A stretch of 64,000 nucleotides of DNA from assembly GCA_024226255.1 (NCBI GenBank), contig JAAELU010000422.1, positions 2,353 to 66,352 of the forward strand, written 5' to 3'. Within the stretch, counting starts at the first letter, position 1; every line of letters starts with the position of its first letter. Source of the DNA: a bacterium. GTDB lineage: Bacteria > Actinomycetota > Acidimicrobiia > Spongiisociales > UBA5794. Position numbers and translations under genes: made by a program. A model generated the notes under the pieces. It did not search any database. It saw nothing but the letters and a program-made list of their open reading frames with translations, and was not told the DNA's origin. Positions 37,571 to 47,269 of this stretch are shown here, one piece after another.

Positions 37571-38335
37571 GTGACTCGCCGCATCTCTCTCGTGACCGAC
37601 TCCTATCTCGCAATACCCGGACTCGACACGACCCTGGCCCGGGCGCTGCTTCAAGCCGTCTCCGCCGGAGAGGTCGGCGAGACGTTCCGGCTCTACTCAC
37701 CAGGCCACGTTATGGCGTTCGGAAAGCGCGACGCTGTCGGGCCTGGCTTTGCTGAGGCAGCCGAACTGGCCAGACAACACGGGTATACGCCTCTGGTGAG
37801 ACTTGCCGGGGGGCGGGCGGCCGTCTTCCACGAGTCCACGTTGGCATTCGGGTGGACTCTGCCGATCGCCAATCCGCGCCAAGGCATTCAGGAGCGATTC
37901 GAAGAGGTGTCCTCGCTACTGGTACGTGCCTTCGCCCGACTGGGAGTCACCTCCTCGATCGGAGAGATCCCGGGCGAGTACTGCCCTGGGAGATTCAGTG
38001 TCCATCATTCCGACAATGCCAAGGTGATGGGGGTGGGCCAACGCCTGGCCCAAAAGGCGGCCCACGTCGGTGGAGTGGTTGTCGTCGACAATGCGACAGC
38101 AATCAACGAGGTTCTCGAACCGGTCTATGGCGCTCTCGGTGTCGAGTTCGCTCCGAGCGCGACAGGAGCTTTGACCGACATCGCGCCGGCGTTGACGGTG
38201 ACAGCAGTCGCCGCCGCCGTTGTCGCTGAGCTCGAGGATGTCGGTGAAGTTGGCGCGGCGACGCTCACCAGCGCACTGATTCACCGCGGCCGAGAATTGC
38301 TTCCGGATCACCTAGTTGGGGCCGCCTCCTTGTAG
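37571..38335 (+). CDS. lipoate/octanoate-protein ligase family protein (BPL_LplA_LipB catalytic domain)
   Basis: Pattern FRLYSPGHVMAFGKRD...GGRAVFH resembles the LplA/LipB core; call by pattern only. Confidence 0.55.
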   Translation: MTRRISLVTDSYLAIPGLDTTLARALLQAVSAGEVGETFRLYSPGHVMAFGKRDAVGPGFAEAAELARQHGYTPLVRLAGGRAAVFHESTLAFGWTLPIANPRQGIQERFEEVSSLLVRAFARLGVTSSIGEIPGEYCPGRFSVHHSDNAKVMGVGQRLAQKAAHVGGVVVVDNATAINEVLEPVYGALGVEFAPSATGALTDIAPALTVTAVAAAVVAELEDVGEVGAATLTSALIHRGRELLPDHLVGAASL

Positions 38336-38368
38336 CCGGTCCGACACGGACTTAGCCTCTGGATCGAT

Positions 38369-39532
38369 ATGAAGAACGTTCTGGTGGTTCACGGACCCAA
38401 TCTGAATCTGCTGGGGACCCGCGAGCCCGAGATCTACGGCTCGACATCCTTGGCCGAGCTCGAGCACCAGATAGCTGGATGGGCGGCAGAACTCGATTTG
38501 GAGTGTTCCTTCTTCCAGAGCAACCACGAGGGCGCCCTCATCGACACGATCCACGACGCTCGCGGATCAGTGGATGCGGTGCTGATCAACGCTGGAGCGC
38601 TCACCCACTACAGCTACGCCCTGTACGACGCGCTGGCTGCGGTGGACAAGGTGACCGTTGAAGTTCACATTTCCAACATCCACGCCCGCGAGCCATGGCG
38701 CCACAACTCGGTGACGGCTGTTGCTGCAGATCACATAATTTATGGACGCGGTCTGCGCGGCTACCAAGACGGGCTGCGTCGCATCGTCGCCAGCGGGACC
38801 TCCCCGTACCAGCGGTTCACCTACGGGGCGGATACGTCACAGTACGGGGAGCTGCGGGTGCCGCAAGGAGATGGGCCGCACCCGGTCGCGGTGCTGCTTC
38901 ATGGTGGATTCTGGCACGATGTGTGGACACTCGACCTGATGGATGGCATAGCCATCGACCTGGTGGAACGTGGATGGGCAGCGTGGAACGTCGAGTATCG
39001 CAGAGTGGGAGCAGGCGGCGGTTGGCCGACCACGATGAATGACGTAGCCGCCGCTTTCGAGTTCGTCGCGTCGATCGCCGACGACCAGAATCTCGACCTG
39101 GCCCGGCTGGCGGCCGTCGGCCATTCGGCCGGTGGTCAGCTGGCGTTGTGGAGTGCCGGCCGAGCTGGTGCCACGGTGATCCCTCAGCAAGTAGTAGCGC
39201 TCGCCCCCGTGACCGATATGGCAGATGCATTCGATCGAGACCTCGACGCAGGCGCCGTGGAGAGATTTCTGGGGCGCTCCCCCGTGACCGACCCCGAACG
39301 CTACGCCGCCACGTCTCCGGTGTCCCTATTGCCGTTGGGTTGTCGCCAGCTGTTGGTCCACGGCGCGGCCGACGACCGCGTGCCTTTGACTCCGTCGCTC
39401 GCTTACTTCGAAACAGCGCGAGCTGCCGGCGACGACGTGACGCTGCATGCCACAGAGGACACGGACCACTTCGTCGTCATCGATCCCCGCTCGTCCGAGT
39501 GGCAAGCCGCCGCCGAATGGCTGGCGGATTAG
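38369..39532 (+). CDS. aroQ: type II 3-dehydroquinate dehydratase fused to a C-terminal alpha/beta-hydrolase (esterase-like) domain
   Basis: N-terminal 145 aa: HGPNLNLLGTREPEIYG and EVHISNIHAREPWRHNS (DHQase II signatures). Residues ~150-387: LLHGGFW oxyanion block and GHSAGG nucleophile elbow. Confidence 0.8.
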   Translation: MKNVLVVHGPNLNLLGTREPEIYGSTSLAELEHQIAGWAAELDLECSFFQSNHEGALIDTIHDARGSVDAVLINAGALTHYSYALYDALAAVDKVTVEVHISNIHAREPWRHNSVTAVAADHIIYGRGLRGYQDGLRRIVASGTSPYQRFTYGADTSQYGELRVPQGDGPHPVAVLLHGGFWHDVWTLDLMDGIAIDLVERGWAAWNVEYRRVGAGGGWPTTMNDVAAAFEFVASIADDQNLDLARLAAVGHSAGGQLALWSAGRAGATVIPQQVVALAPVTDMADAFDRDLDAGAVERFLGRSPVTDPERYAATSPVSLLPLGCRQLLVHGAADDRVPLTPSLAYFETARAAGDDVTLHATEDTDHFVVIDPRSSEWQAAAEWLAD

Positions 39533-39539
39533 GAGTCTC

Positions 39540-40748
39540 CTAGCGGGCCAGCCGGCCGATCCGAGTCAGTCCGTCCACCAGATCTTCGTCGCCAAGAGCG
39601 AAGGAGAAACGGGCGTACCCCGGTGCGCCAAATGCTTCACCTGGCACGAAGGCAACCTTGGCTTCATCGAGAATGAGGGCCGCCAAGTCGAGGGTGGTGG
39701 AAACTGACTTCCCATTGGACAGCGGGCGATTGAGCATGCCGCTCATGTCCGGGAAGGCGTAGAACGCACCTTCGGGTTCGACGCAGGAGACACCGGGGAT
39801 GTCGTTCAGCATCCGGTGCATCGTTTGGCGGCGCCGATCAAAAGCCGCCTTCATCTCGTTGACCGCATCGAGGCTCCCCGACACCGCGGCCAGGGCGGCG
39901 CGCTGCGCCACATTCGACACATTCGATGTCACGTGTGACTGCAGCCGGATCGCAGCCTTGGCGGCTGCATCAGGAGCAGCCATCCACCCCACTCGCCAAC
40001 CGGTCATGGCGTATGTTTTGGAGACTCCGTTGAGCACGACGCACCGATCTCTGATCGCGGGTGCCACAACCGGCATCGAGGCATGGACTGCATCTCCGTA
40101 GACCAGGTGTTCGTAGATCTCATCAGTCATCACCCAAATGCCGCGCTCAGCAGCCCAATTGCCGATTGCGGCAATCGCCTCAGGCGGGTAGATCGCCCCG
40201 GTCGGATTCGACGGCGAGACGAAGATCAGCATCTTGGTGCGCTCTGTTGTTGCCGCTTCGAGTTGCTCGACGGTTGCCTGGAATCCGCCGGCGGCGTCAG
40301 TCGCCACCATGACCGGAGTTCCGCCGGCGAGGGCGATCGCCTCCGGATACGACACCCAATAGGGAGCAGGCAGCAGAACCTCGTCGCCGGGATCCAGCAG
40401 CACCTGGCACGTTGCATATACCGCGTGCTTGCCGCCATTGGTCACGACCACCTGGCTCGGTGAGATCTCGTAGCCCGAATCACGCTTTGTCTTGGATGCG
40501 ATTGCCTCGCGGAATTCCGGGAGGCCCGCAGCGGGCGTGTAGCCATGATTGCGCCGATCTCGCGCGGCTTCGATTGCGGCTTCCACTATTGGTGCCGGCG
40601 TGGGGAAGTCAGGCTGGCCGACGCCAAAGCCAATAACGCTGTGGCCTTCGGCCTTCAGGGCGTTAGCGCGACCGGTGATGGCAAGCGTTGCCGACTCAGC
40701 GATTGCTTCGACCCGCTGCGACAGTCCCGAACTCGACGGTTCGCTCAT
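39540..40748 (-). CDS. class I/II pyridoxal-phosphate aminotransferase (aspartate aminotransferase-like)
   Basis: MSEPSSSG start (ATG 40746-40748); [16 protein letters not shown]-lysine block; ~400 aa. The upstream 80 codons of the listed ORF are rejected. Confidence 0.85.
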   Translation of the reverse strand: MSEPSSSGLSQRVEAIAESATLAITGRANALKAEGHSVIGFGVGQPDFPTPAPIVEAAIEAARDRRNHGYTPAAGLPEFREAIASKTKRDSGYEISPSQVVVTNGGKHAVYATCQVLLDPGDEVLLPAPYWVSYPEAIALAGGTPVMVATDAAGGFQATVEQLEAATTERTKMLIFVSPSNPTGAIYPPEAIAAIGNWAAERGIWVMTDEIYEHLVYGDAVHASMPVVAPAIRDRCVVLNGVSKTYAMTGWRVGWMAAPDAAAKAAIRLQSHVTSNVSNVAQRAALAAVSGSLDAVNEMKAAFDRRRQTMHRMLNDIPGVSCVEPEGAFYAFPDMSGMLNRPLSNGKSVSTTLDLAALILDEAKVAFVPGEAFGAPGYARFSFALGDEDLVDGLTRIGRLAR

Positions 40749-40812
40749 TGTTGTTACTCTCTTCGCCGGACAATGTAACTGGTCAAACCCAACCCTAACC
40801 CTTGGCAGGATC

Positions 40813-41934
40813 ATGACGGCTCTCCCGGATATCACTCTCCCCATTGACCTCATACCAAGTGACGGGCGCTTCGGGTCGGGACCCTCGAAGGTCTTGACAT
40901 CGAGCCTCAGCGGACTGGCCGATACGGGAACGACCCTGATGGGAACGAGCCATCGGCGTCCAGCGGTCCGCGCGGTGGTCGCCTCCATCCAGGATGGCCT
41001 TCGCGAGATGTACAGCCTCCCCGACGACTACGAGGTGGTTCTCGGCAACGGTGGGGCAACGGCGTTTTGGGATGCTGCCGCCTTTGGTCTGATCGAGCGG
41101 CGCAGCCAACACGTTGCCATCGGCGAGTTCTCGTCCAAGTTCGCCAAGGTCATCGCTGGTGCGCCTCACCTCGAAGCCCCTGACGTCATTGAAGCCGACT
41201 ATGGACAGTCGGCGGCACTGCGAGCAGATGCCTCCGTCGACGCCTATGCACTCATCCACAACGAGACCTCCACCGGAGTACGGTTGCCGGTCGAACGTCC
41301 CAACGGGGCGAACGGACTCGTCCTCGTCGACGCCACGTCGGCTGCTGGAGCTGTGGCCGTCTCCAATCCCGACTATGACGTCTACTACTTCTCGCCGCAA
41401 AAGGCCTTCGGTGCCGACGGCGGTCTATGGCTGGCGGTGTGCTCACCTGCCGCAGTCGAACGCATTGAATCTCTAGCTGCCTCGGATCGCTGGATTCCAC
41501 CATTCCTGAGTCTCAAGATCGCTTTGGACAATTCCCGCAAGAACCAGACCAACAACACACCCGCCATCGGAACGCTGTATCTCGTTGCGGCACAGATTCA
41601 GATGATGATGGCCCACGGTGGTCTCGATTGGGCTATCGCCCGCTCCGAGCGATCGTCGGCAACGCTCTACAGCTGGGCCGAATCGAGCGAAATCGCAACG
41701 CCATTCGTCGCCGACCCGGCGGCCCGGTCAGCAACGACCGTGACGATCGACCTGCACGACTCGATTGATGCAGATACGGTCGAAGCGGTCCTGCGGGCCA
41801 ACGGGATCGTCGACACGTTCGGCTATCGCAAGCTGGGCCGCAACCAGCTGCGGATTTCATGCTTCCCGAACGTGGAACCCGAGGACGTCGAGAAGCTGAC
41901 TCAGGCCATCGAATTCGTGGCCCAGAACCTCTAG
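40813..41934 (+). CDS. serC: phosphoserine aminotransferase (actinobacterial SerC type)
   Basis: [10 protein letters not shown]...[12 protein letters not shown]-terminus, [16 protein letters not shown]-lysine region; ~373 aa. Divergent from the aminotransferase. Confidence 0.8.
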   Translation: MTALPDITLPIDLIPSDGRFGSGPSKVLTSSLSGLADTGTTLMGTSHRRPAVRAVVASIQDGLREMYSLPDDYEVVLGNGGATAFWDAAAFGLIERRSQHVAIGEFSSKFAKVIAGAPHLEAPDVIEADYGQSAALRADASVDAYALIHNETSTGVRLPVERPNGANGLVLVDATSAAGAVAVSNPDYDVYYFSPQKAFGADGGLWLAVCSPAAVERIESLAASDRWIPPFLSLKIALDNSRKNQTNNTPAIGTLYLVAAQIQMMMAHGGLDWAIARSERSSATLYSWAESSEIATPFVADPAARSATTVTIDLHDSIDADTVEAVLRANGIVDTFGYRKLGRNQLRISCFPNVEPEDVEKLTQAIEFVAQNL

Positions 41935-41982
41935 CCGGCCCCTCCCCAACCTGCGTAGATCAGCGCCAATACTGGCCGAAAT

Positions 41983-42141
41983 CTACGCAAGACCGAACGC
42001 ATGACGCAATGCCGGCACTGTGACGTCATCGAGCGTCATGAGATCCCGCCGGTAGGCCGCCACTGTGTGCGACGACTTCTTAGCGGCCTTGAGCGAGCTT
42101 AGAAACTGGCTGAACGCCTCGGTGAGGTAAAGGTCGGTCAT
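41983..42141 (-). pseudogene. tyrosine recombinase/integrase remnant (internally deleted)
   Basis: 52-codon ORF: MTDLYLTEAFSQFLSSLKAAKKSSHTVAAYRRDL (N-terminal core-binding motif NAYRRDL), followed within ~15 aa by LRHAF (box II catalytic region), then a stop. Confidence 0.45.
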
Positions 42142-43283
42142 CGCGGGAAGGGAGAAACATGTGGTGCACAATGTGCCGCCGTCGTTCCGCCCTGGTATGA
42201 GCCCTACTTGCCAGGGATAGGGCGGCGGCGGGTGCGAAGTCGCTCTGACGGGCTGAGGGCGCCGGAGCAAATGCTTTCCGCGAGTTGAATCCCGCTCTAC
42301 ATGGCGCCGCATTGTCGCCCCGTGAACGATTCCGACGTACGGCTCGCGGTGAGCGCTGCTGTTCAGCATCTTCTGCGGCTCCGGACCCGTGACTATCCGC
42401 AGCGAGTGTTCTTCGCCGAATCCGACGTAGGCGTATGCCGCCCAAGAGGGATGAGGTGCTTCGGCTTGAGATTGGCAGGCAAAACATCAAAGGCGGCCCG
42501 TCCGTTCGGGCGATTGGTTGGCTTGGCGTTTGCGATCGTTGCGACGTTGGCAATCCTCGGCAAACTCACCCAGGGCGGTGAACGGATCTGCCCTCGCCGC
42601 AGCGGTGACAGTCGGGATGCTTCTCGGAGGTGAGTCGACGTACTAACTGATCTTTCGTTTCGCTTTGCCGGCCTCTCGGGCCAAATCAGGGCGAGCGGCG
42701 AAGCCCTTCGGTCGGTGTAGGTCGCCGGAGGCGAGCTTTCACCCACTCGCTGCTCCAGGTCCTCTAGACGGCTGACCACGTCCCTTTGCAGGTTCACCGA
42801 ATGGAAGACGATGAGTGGTGCGATGCCGCGACCACGTACCAGCTTGCTCGCCAGGTGTCTGATTCGGAGATCTTCGCGTACACAGGCTCAGCTCATCTGT
42901 TCACAGATGCCTCGCTGACTGAGTACCAACCACGTATGGCGCGGTTGGCGATCGAACGCGCGGTCGACCTCTTTGATCGCATCGATCGAGCATCCACCGC
43001 AGACAGGTAGGCCATGCTATCGATGTCTGGCTCAAGGCTTGTGGCCAGGCATGGCGGCATCATTGCGGTGATGGATCGGCTTGCCGGGTGATGTGTGACG
43101 GCGGATAGTCTCCGCCAACACACACCGTATCCAGCTCGAGCCAGCCGGAGTATCCCCGAACAAACCCGACCAGCCGCAGCAACCCAGCGCCAACTTCTGA
43201 ACTTGTCGCGTGTTGACATGTACCAGTCGGGTTCGAGTGGGTTTGGTTGGCCTCTTGATATGCCGGTGTGGCCGTTCTGGAGC

Positions 43284-43748
43284 TCAGTTTGCAGCCTCGA
43301 CGTGTTGCTTGAGATCGACCAGGATGCCGCCAAAGGTTTTGGTCATCCGTCGCCGCAAGATCGGGCTGAAAGCGGCGAACGGTCCGACGAAGTCGAAATC
43401 GATCTCGAAGGTAACGGTGCTGGTGTTCTCGCCCTCGGCTGCGACCGATTGGATGTCCTGCGCCCGCCGGATAATCCTTGGCAGCCCGGTACCCTCGAAG
43501 GTGAGCGATCGATCTTCGTCGGAGAAGGCGGTAATCACCTCGACCACTTTGACCTTGGTCATCGTTTCGCGGCCCGGCACGGGTGCTGCCGCCGGCACAG
43601 TAAACGAGGCTGGCACTTCTTTCTGGCTGATTGCACGGGAACTCTTGACGAATGTCGCCCATTCAGCGATATCGGCGAATTGAGTTCCGAGTACCTGCCA
43701 GACCGAATCGGCTGGTGCGTTGATGCGTTGTTCGAGTAGTAGATGCAT
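43284..43748 (-). CDS. SRPBCC (Bet v1/polyketide-cyclase-like) family protein
   Basis: ~150 aa; N-terminal INAPADSVWQVL pattern typical of SRPBCC/AHSA1-like proteins. Confidence 0.6.
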   Translation of the reverse strand: MHLLLEQRINAPADSVWQVLGTQFADIAEWATFVKSSRAISQKEVPASFTVPAAAPVPGRETMTKVKVVEVITAFSDEDRSLTFEGTGLPRIIRRAQDIQSVAAEGENTSTVTFEIDFDFVGPFAAFSPILRRRMTKTFGGILVDLKQHVEAAN

Positions 43749-43775
43749 TGGGTCTCCTTCCAGGCCATATGGGTT

Positions 43776-44660
43776 TCAGGTTTGTACGGCTTGGGCGTAG
43801 GCATCGATGATGGCCGCGGCTGCATCCTCTGGTGCGTCTTCCTGGAAAAAGTGGCCGGCATCTGGGAGCTTGACCCAGTGGGCGTCCGGCCATTTCTCTT
43901 CCCATCTCTTCAGAAATGACTTAGAGGCAAGGATTCTGTCCCTCATACCAACGATGAAGAGCATGGGGCGGTCAGGTAGGTTTGCTTCGATTCGCTCTTC
44001 GAGATCACGCAGCCACGCTTCCTCGCCCGTGATGGCTGCCGGAAATACGGCGTGCCCGATGCGTGACTCGGGCGTTGGCGCCGTTTCAACATAGTGAGCG
44101 AAGGCCGCATCGCTGATCGGTGCCTGGAGTAGGGCCTTCATGATGCGCCGGACAAACAGGTTGCGTTGCATGATCTGGCGTTGGACGAATCCGAGACCTG
44201 TGATCTTGCTGAAGATGCGTTGACCGGGATGATCAGCTGGCCAGGCGAAGGTGTTCCCAATGATCAACCCAGTGAAACGCTCGGGACTGCGCGACGCAAC
44301 GTCAAGGCCGATCGGCCCTCCCCAGTCCTGTCCGAGCATGAGCGAGTCTTGAAGGTCAAGAAACTCGACCAATTCGGTGATCACTTTGCTGTGAGCTGAG
44401 GGCAGGTAGCTGTAGCCCGCTGGATGCGCGGACAATCCAAAACCTGGATAGTCGATGGCAACGCATCGAAAATGGGGGCTCAGCAGTGGGATCATCTTGT
44501 GATAGAGGAAGCTCCAATCCGGGTTCCCGTGCATGAGCAACAAGGGTCGTCCTTCGCCCTCATCGATGTAATGAATCGGGCCCACGGAACTCTCGAACCA
44601 TCGAGAGGTAAACGGATACAGAGTCGGGTCAGGTGTGAAAGCTATGCGCGTGTCCATCAT
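43776..44660 (-). CDS. haloalkane dehalogenase
   Basis: HGNPDWSFLY (HGNPT-type oxyanion), nucleophile Asp in GQDWGG, C-terminal catalytic His in DAGHFFQED; 294 aa. Confidence 0.85.
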   Translation of the reverse strand: MMDTRIAFTPDPTLYPFTSRWFESSVGPIHYIDEGEGRPLLLMHGNPDWSFLYHKMIPLLSPHFRCVAIDYPGFGLSAHPAGYSYLPSAHSKVITELVEFLDLQDSLMLGQDWGGPIGLDVASRSPERFTGLIIGNTFAWPADHPGQRIFSKITGLGFVQRQIMQRNLFVRRIMKALLQAPISDAAFAHYVETAPTPESRIGHAVFPAAITGEEAWLRDLEERIEANLPDRPMLFIVGMRDRILASKSFLKRWEEKWPDAHWVKLPDAGHFFQEDAPEDAAAAIIDAYAQAVQT

Positions 44661-45019
44661 CTCACCGCTCGGTTACTTGGGCGCTGGCGGGGAGGCTTTG
44701 GCTGCGGCGATGATGCTGAGACGTCGAAGGCCGCATCTCGGTGTGGTATCCCGAGTTGGTATTCAGGGCTGTCGAAGACGCCTCGCACCGTTTCCTCATC
44801 AGGAAAGTCCATGACCAGGACCTGTTCGGGTCCACCATCGCCAGCGAGCTGACCGAGTCGATCGTACTGAGCATTGATCGTCCCGCCCGCGCCGAACAGG
44901 AGCTTGCCGGCAATGCCAACGTAGGCGTTGTAGTCAGAATCGGAGTCAGGGCGGCGGGTTCCGACAACGATGGGTTGTACAGAAATGTTGGATTCCTTTC
45001 GCTGTTTTACACTAGACAG
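44659..45019 (-). CDS. DUF1330-family protein (start unresolved; absent from the ORF track)
   Basis: Minus frame ...PIVVGTRRPDSDSDYNAYVGIAGKLLFGAGGTINAQYDRLGQLAGDGGPEQVLVMDFPDEETVRGVFDSPEYQLGIPHRDAAF matches the DUF1330 pattern (D.D.Y.AYV...GG...Q.LVM.FP..E...F.SPEYQ). Third-position GC bias supports this frame. Stop TGA overlaps the dehalogenase ATG. No in-frame ATG/GTG/TTG upstream of the conserved core; only CTG at 45017-45019. Confidence 0.5.
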
Positions 45020-45023
45020 TGTA
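45008..45023. promoter_or_regulatory. candidate TetR operator: perfect inverted repeat TACACT-agac-AGTGTA, with TACAC repeated at 45030 and 45041
   Basis: Lies in the 30-80 nt divergent region between tetR (ATG 45049) and the DUF1330-dehalogenase-SRPBCC operon; AT-rich in a GC-rich background. Confidence 0.5.
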
Positions 45024-45048
45024 GAACTTTACACGTAATATACACCGT

Positions 45049-45675
45049 ATGGTGCAAAAGGCAAGCCCTCAAATTGGGCGACCGACTGAGTATGACTCCG
45101 CCAAGGTGATCGCAGCCGCTGTCCGAGCATTTTGGGTGGACGGATACGAATCGACGACGCTCAAGAATCTTGAGACAGCGACGGGTGTCGACCGCTCGAC
45201 GCTGTACAACAGCTTCGGTGGGAAGCGCGGTCTCTACGATTTGGCAACCGACGCCTATCTCGACGGTGCACGACAGAACCTGTTCGAGCCGCTGCATCAC
45301 GGAACAGCCGACGGGCTTGGCGACATTCTTGACTTTCTCGCGAGACTGCAAGCAGGTCTGACTTCCGAGGATGCTATTCCCGGTTGTCTCATCGTCAACG
45401 ACATGGCTGCACTCAGCAATCCAGAGGCTTCAGCCCGTTACCTCGAAATGCTCAATACGGGTCTTGAGCTCGCACTGGAACGCTCCTCCAGTTCCGCCAG
45501 ACTCGACCGCGCAAAGATCAAACAACGCAACGATTTTCTGAGTGTCGCCGTGCTAGGGGTGAACTTGATTAGTCGCAATGCTGCGCCGAATTCGGATGTC
45601 GGCAGCATCATTGATGGTGTAATGGAAGAAGTGCGTTCATGGGAGGCCGCAACGCCTAGGTACGCCAGCGAGTGA
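45049..45675 (+). CDS. TetR/AcrR-family transcriptional regulator
   Basis: N-terminal HTH (TTLKNLETATGVDRSTLYNSFGGKRGLY); ~208 aa; divergent from the dehalogenase operon. Confidence 0.85.
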   Translation: MVQKASPQIGRPTEYDSAKVIAAAVRAFWVDGYESTTLKNLETATGVDRSTLYNSFGGKRGLYDLATDAYLDGARQNLFEPLHHGTADGLGDILDFLARLQAGLTSEDAIPGCLIVNDMAALSNPEASARYLEMLNTGLELALERSSSSARLDRAKIKQRNDFLSVAVLGVNLISRNAAPNSDVGSIIDGVMEEVRSWEAATPRYASE

Positions 45676-46016
45676 CGACCGCGGTCCGTTGTGCACTTGA
45701 CGGCGGCGAGCCGGGTGCATTGACGATGGAGAGCCTTCCCGAAGCAGCCGCGGTTGTTCTCATGCCGGTTGAGACCTACGGCGCATCCGGTCGTTGGCTC
45801 AGGATGTCGTGCGCGGCTTCGAGCGCCTCGAGCCGCAGCGCGGTGAGCTGAGCCAGGTCGTCTGCGTAGGTGTCCAGTGTTTCTTGGTGAGTCTGGTCGA
45901 ATAGCTCGGTCGCGAGATCATCTTATTAGTCCCGCCCCAGGTAGCGCCGGCGCTGCGGCCACGGAGGTACAATAAAGCCCCCAAAAACAATAAAGGACAA
46001 TAAAAGGGGGTGGGGC

Positions 46017-47156
46017 ATGGTTGAGCGAAATCCTTTCTCACCAACGTTCGGGGCGTCGCCACCGGTGCTGGCTGGACGCGACGAGATCCTCGAGGACGTC
46101 GACGATGCCCTTGAGACTGGACCTACCCATCCGGACTACACGACGCTGTTCATTGGTGTCCGTGGCGCCGGAAAGACGGTCATGCTGAACGCGGTCGAGG
46201 ATCTTGCCCGCCAGCGTGGGTGGTTGGCGATATCGGACAACGCTTCCCCGACCGGTTTCGTCGGTCGGCTCACAACCTCCGTGGCTCATCTCCTGGAGGA
46301 ACACGGCACACCGGAAAAAGATCCGCGTTTCAAGGGTGTGACAGCAGCCGGTTTCGGCGTCGAGTTTGAGCTGGATCCCAGCACGGACACTGCCCAGAGC
46401 TTCCGGGCGCTGCTCACAGAACTCGGACGTGTTCTTGACCAACGCGGCACCGGCCTCATCATTACGCTCGATGAATTCCAAAGCGGTGACCTCGACGAGA
46501 TCCGGCAGTTCGGGGCGGTGCTCCAGCACGTGACCCGTCGTGAGCAACTGCCCGTTGCGTTCGCCGGGGCGGCCCTGGCGCAGATTGAGGAGACCCTACT
46601 CAGCGACGACGTGGCGACATTCCTGCAGCGATGCTCCCGATACGACATAGACCGGCTCGATCCTCAAGCCACAGAATTTGCGATCGCAGGCCCGATCCAA
46701 CAACGTGGAGGGACCATCGACGAGCAAGCACTCACGACGGCTGTCGAGGCAACGTCAGGGTACGCATTCATGGTGCAGCTTGTCGGGTTCTACAGCTGGA
46801 AAGCTGCGCCCGATCCTACGGCTGTCGTCACTGCCGACGATGTGGCAGTCGGTATCGCCGAAGCGGAACGACGCATTGGGCGACTGGTCCTCGCGCCAAC
46901 CTGGCGGAGTCTTTCCGACGTCGATCGACGATTCCTGATAGCAATGGCCCGCGACGACGGACCGTCTCGGATCACAACAGTCGCCGAACGTCTCGAGGTG
47001 GACAACGGATACGCCGGCGTGTATCGCCACCGGCTTATCAAAGCGGGCATGATCATCGCAGCCGGCAAGGGGCGTATCGACTTCGCTCAGCACTCCACGC
47101 GCCAATGGCTCCGCAACGAAGCCGCCTACCTAGCTGCAAACTTCCCCGACGACTGA
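46017..47156 (+). CDS. orphan P-loop NTPase of the PF01637/COG1672 (archaeal-ATPase, STAND-like) type with a C-terminal winged-helix domain
   Basis: NPFSPTFGASPPVLAGRDEILEDV ... LFIGVRGAGKT Walker A, LIITLDEFQ Walker B, C-terminal wHTH (LSDVDRRFLIAMARDDGPSRITTVAERLEV). Preceded by an AT-rich leader. Confidence 0.7.
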   Translation: MVERNPFSPTFGASPPVLAGRDEILEDVDDALETGPTHPDYTTLFIGVRGAGKTVMLNAVEDLARQRGWLAISDNASPTGFVGRLTTSVAHLLEEHGTPEKDPRFKGVTAAGFGVEFELDPSTDTAQSFRALLTELGRVLDQRGTGLIITLDEFQSGDLDEIRQFGAVLQHVTRREQLPVAFAGAALAQIEETLLSDDVATFLQRCSRYDIDRLDPQATEFAIAGPIQQRGGTIDEQALTTAVEATSGYAFMVQLVGFYSWKAAPDPTAVVTADDVAVGIAEAERRIGRLVLAPTWRSLSDVDRRFLIAMARDDGPSRITTVAERLEVDNGYAGVYRHRLIKAGMIIAAGKGRIDFAQHSTRQWLRNEAAYLAANFPDD

Positions 47157-47269
47157 GCATTGTCGGCCGGACGGTGCGCTGATGGCGTTCAGGACGGCCA
47201 ACAGGCCCCCAGGGGGGACGAGGCAACATCCTGTCCAAAAACGAGCAGACCCCCTGTAGGTCTCGACGT

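Noticed and set aside
45799-46062. 87-aa minus ORF
   Set aside because: Runs antisense into the start of the ATPase gene; composition is non-protein-like. The adjacent minus frame with a plausible C-terminal helix is reported instead as a start-less remnant.
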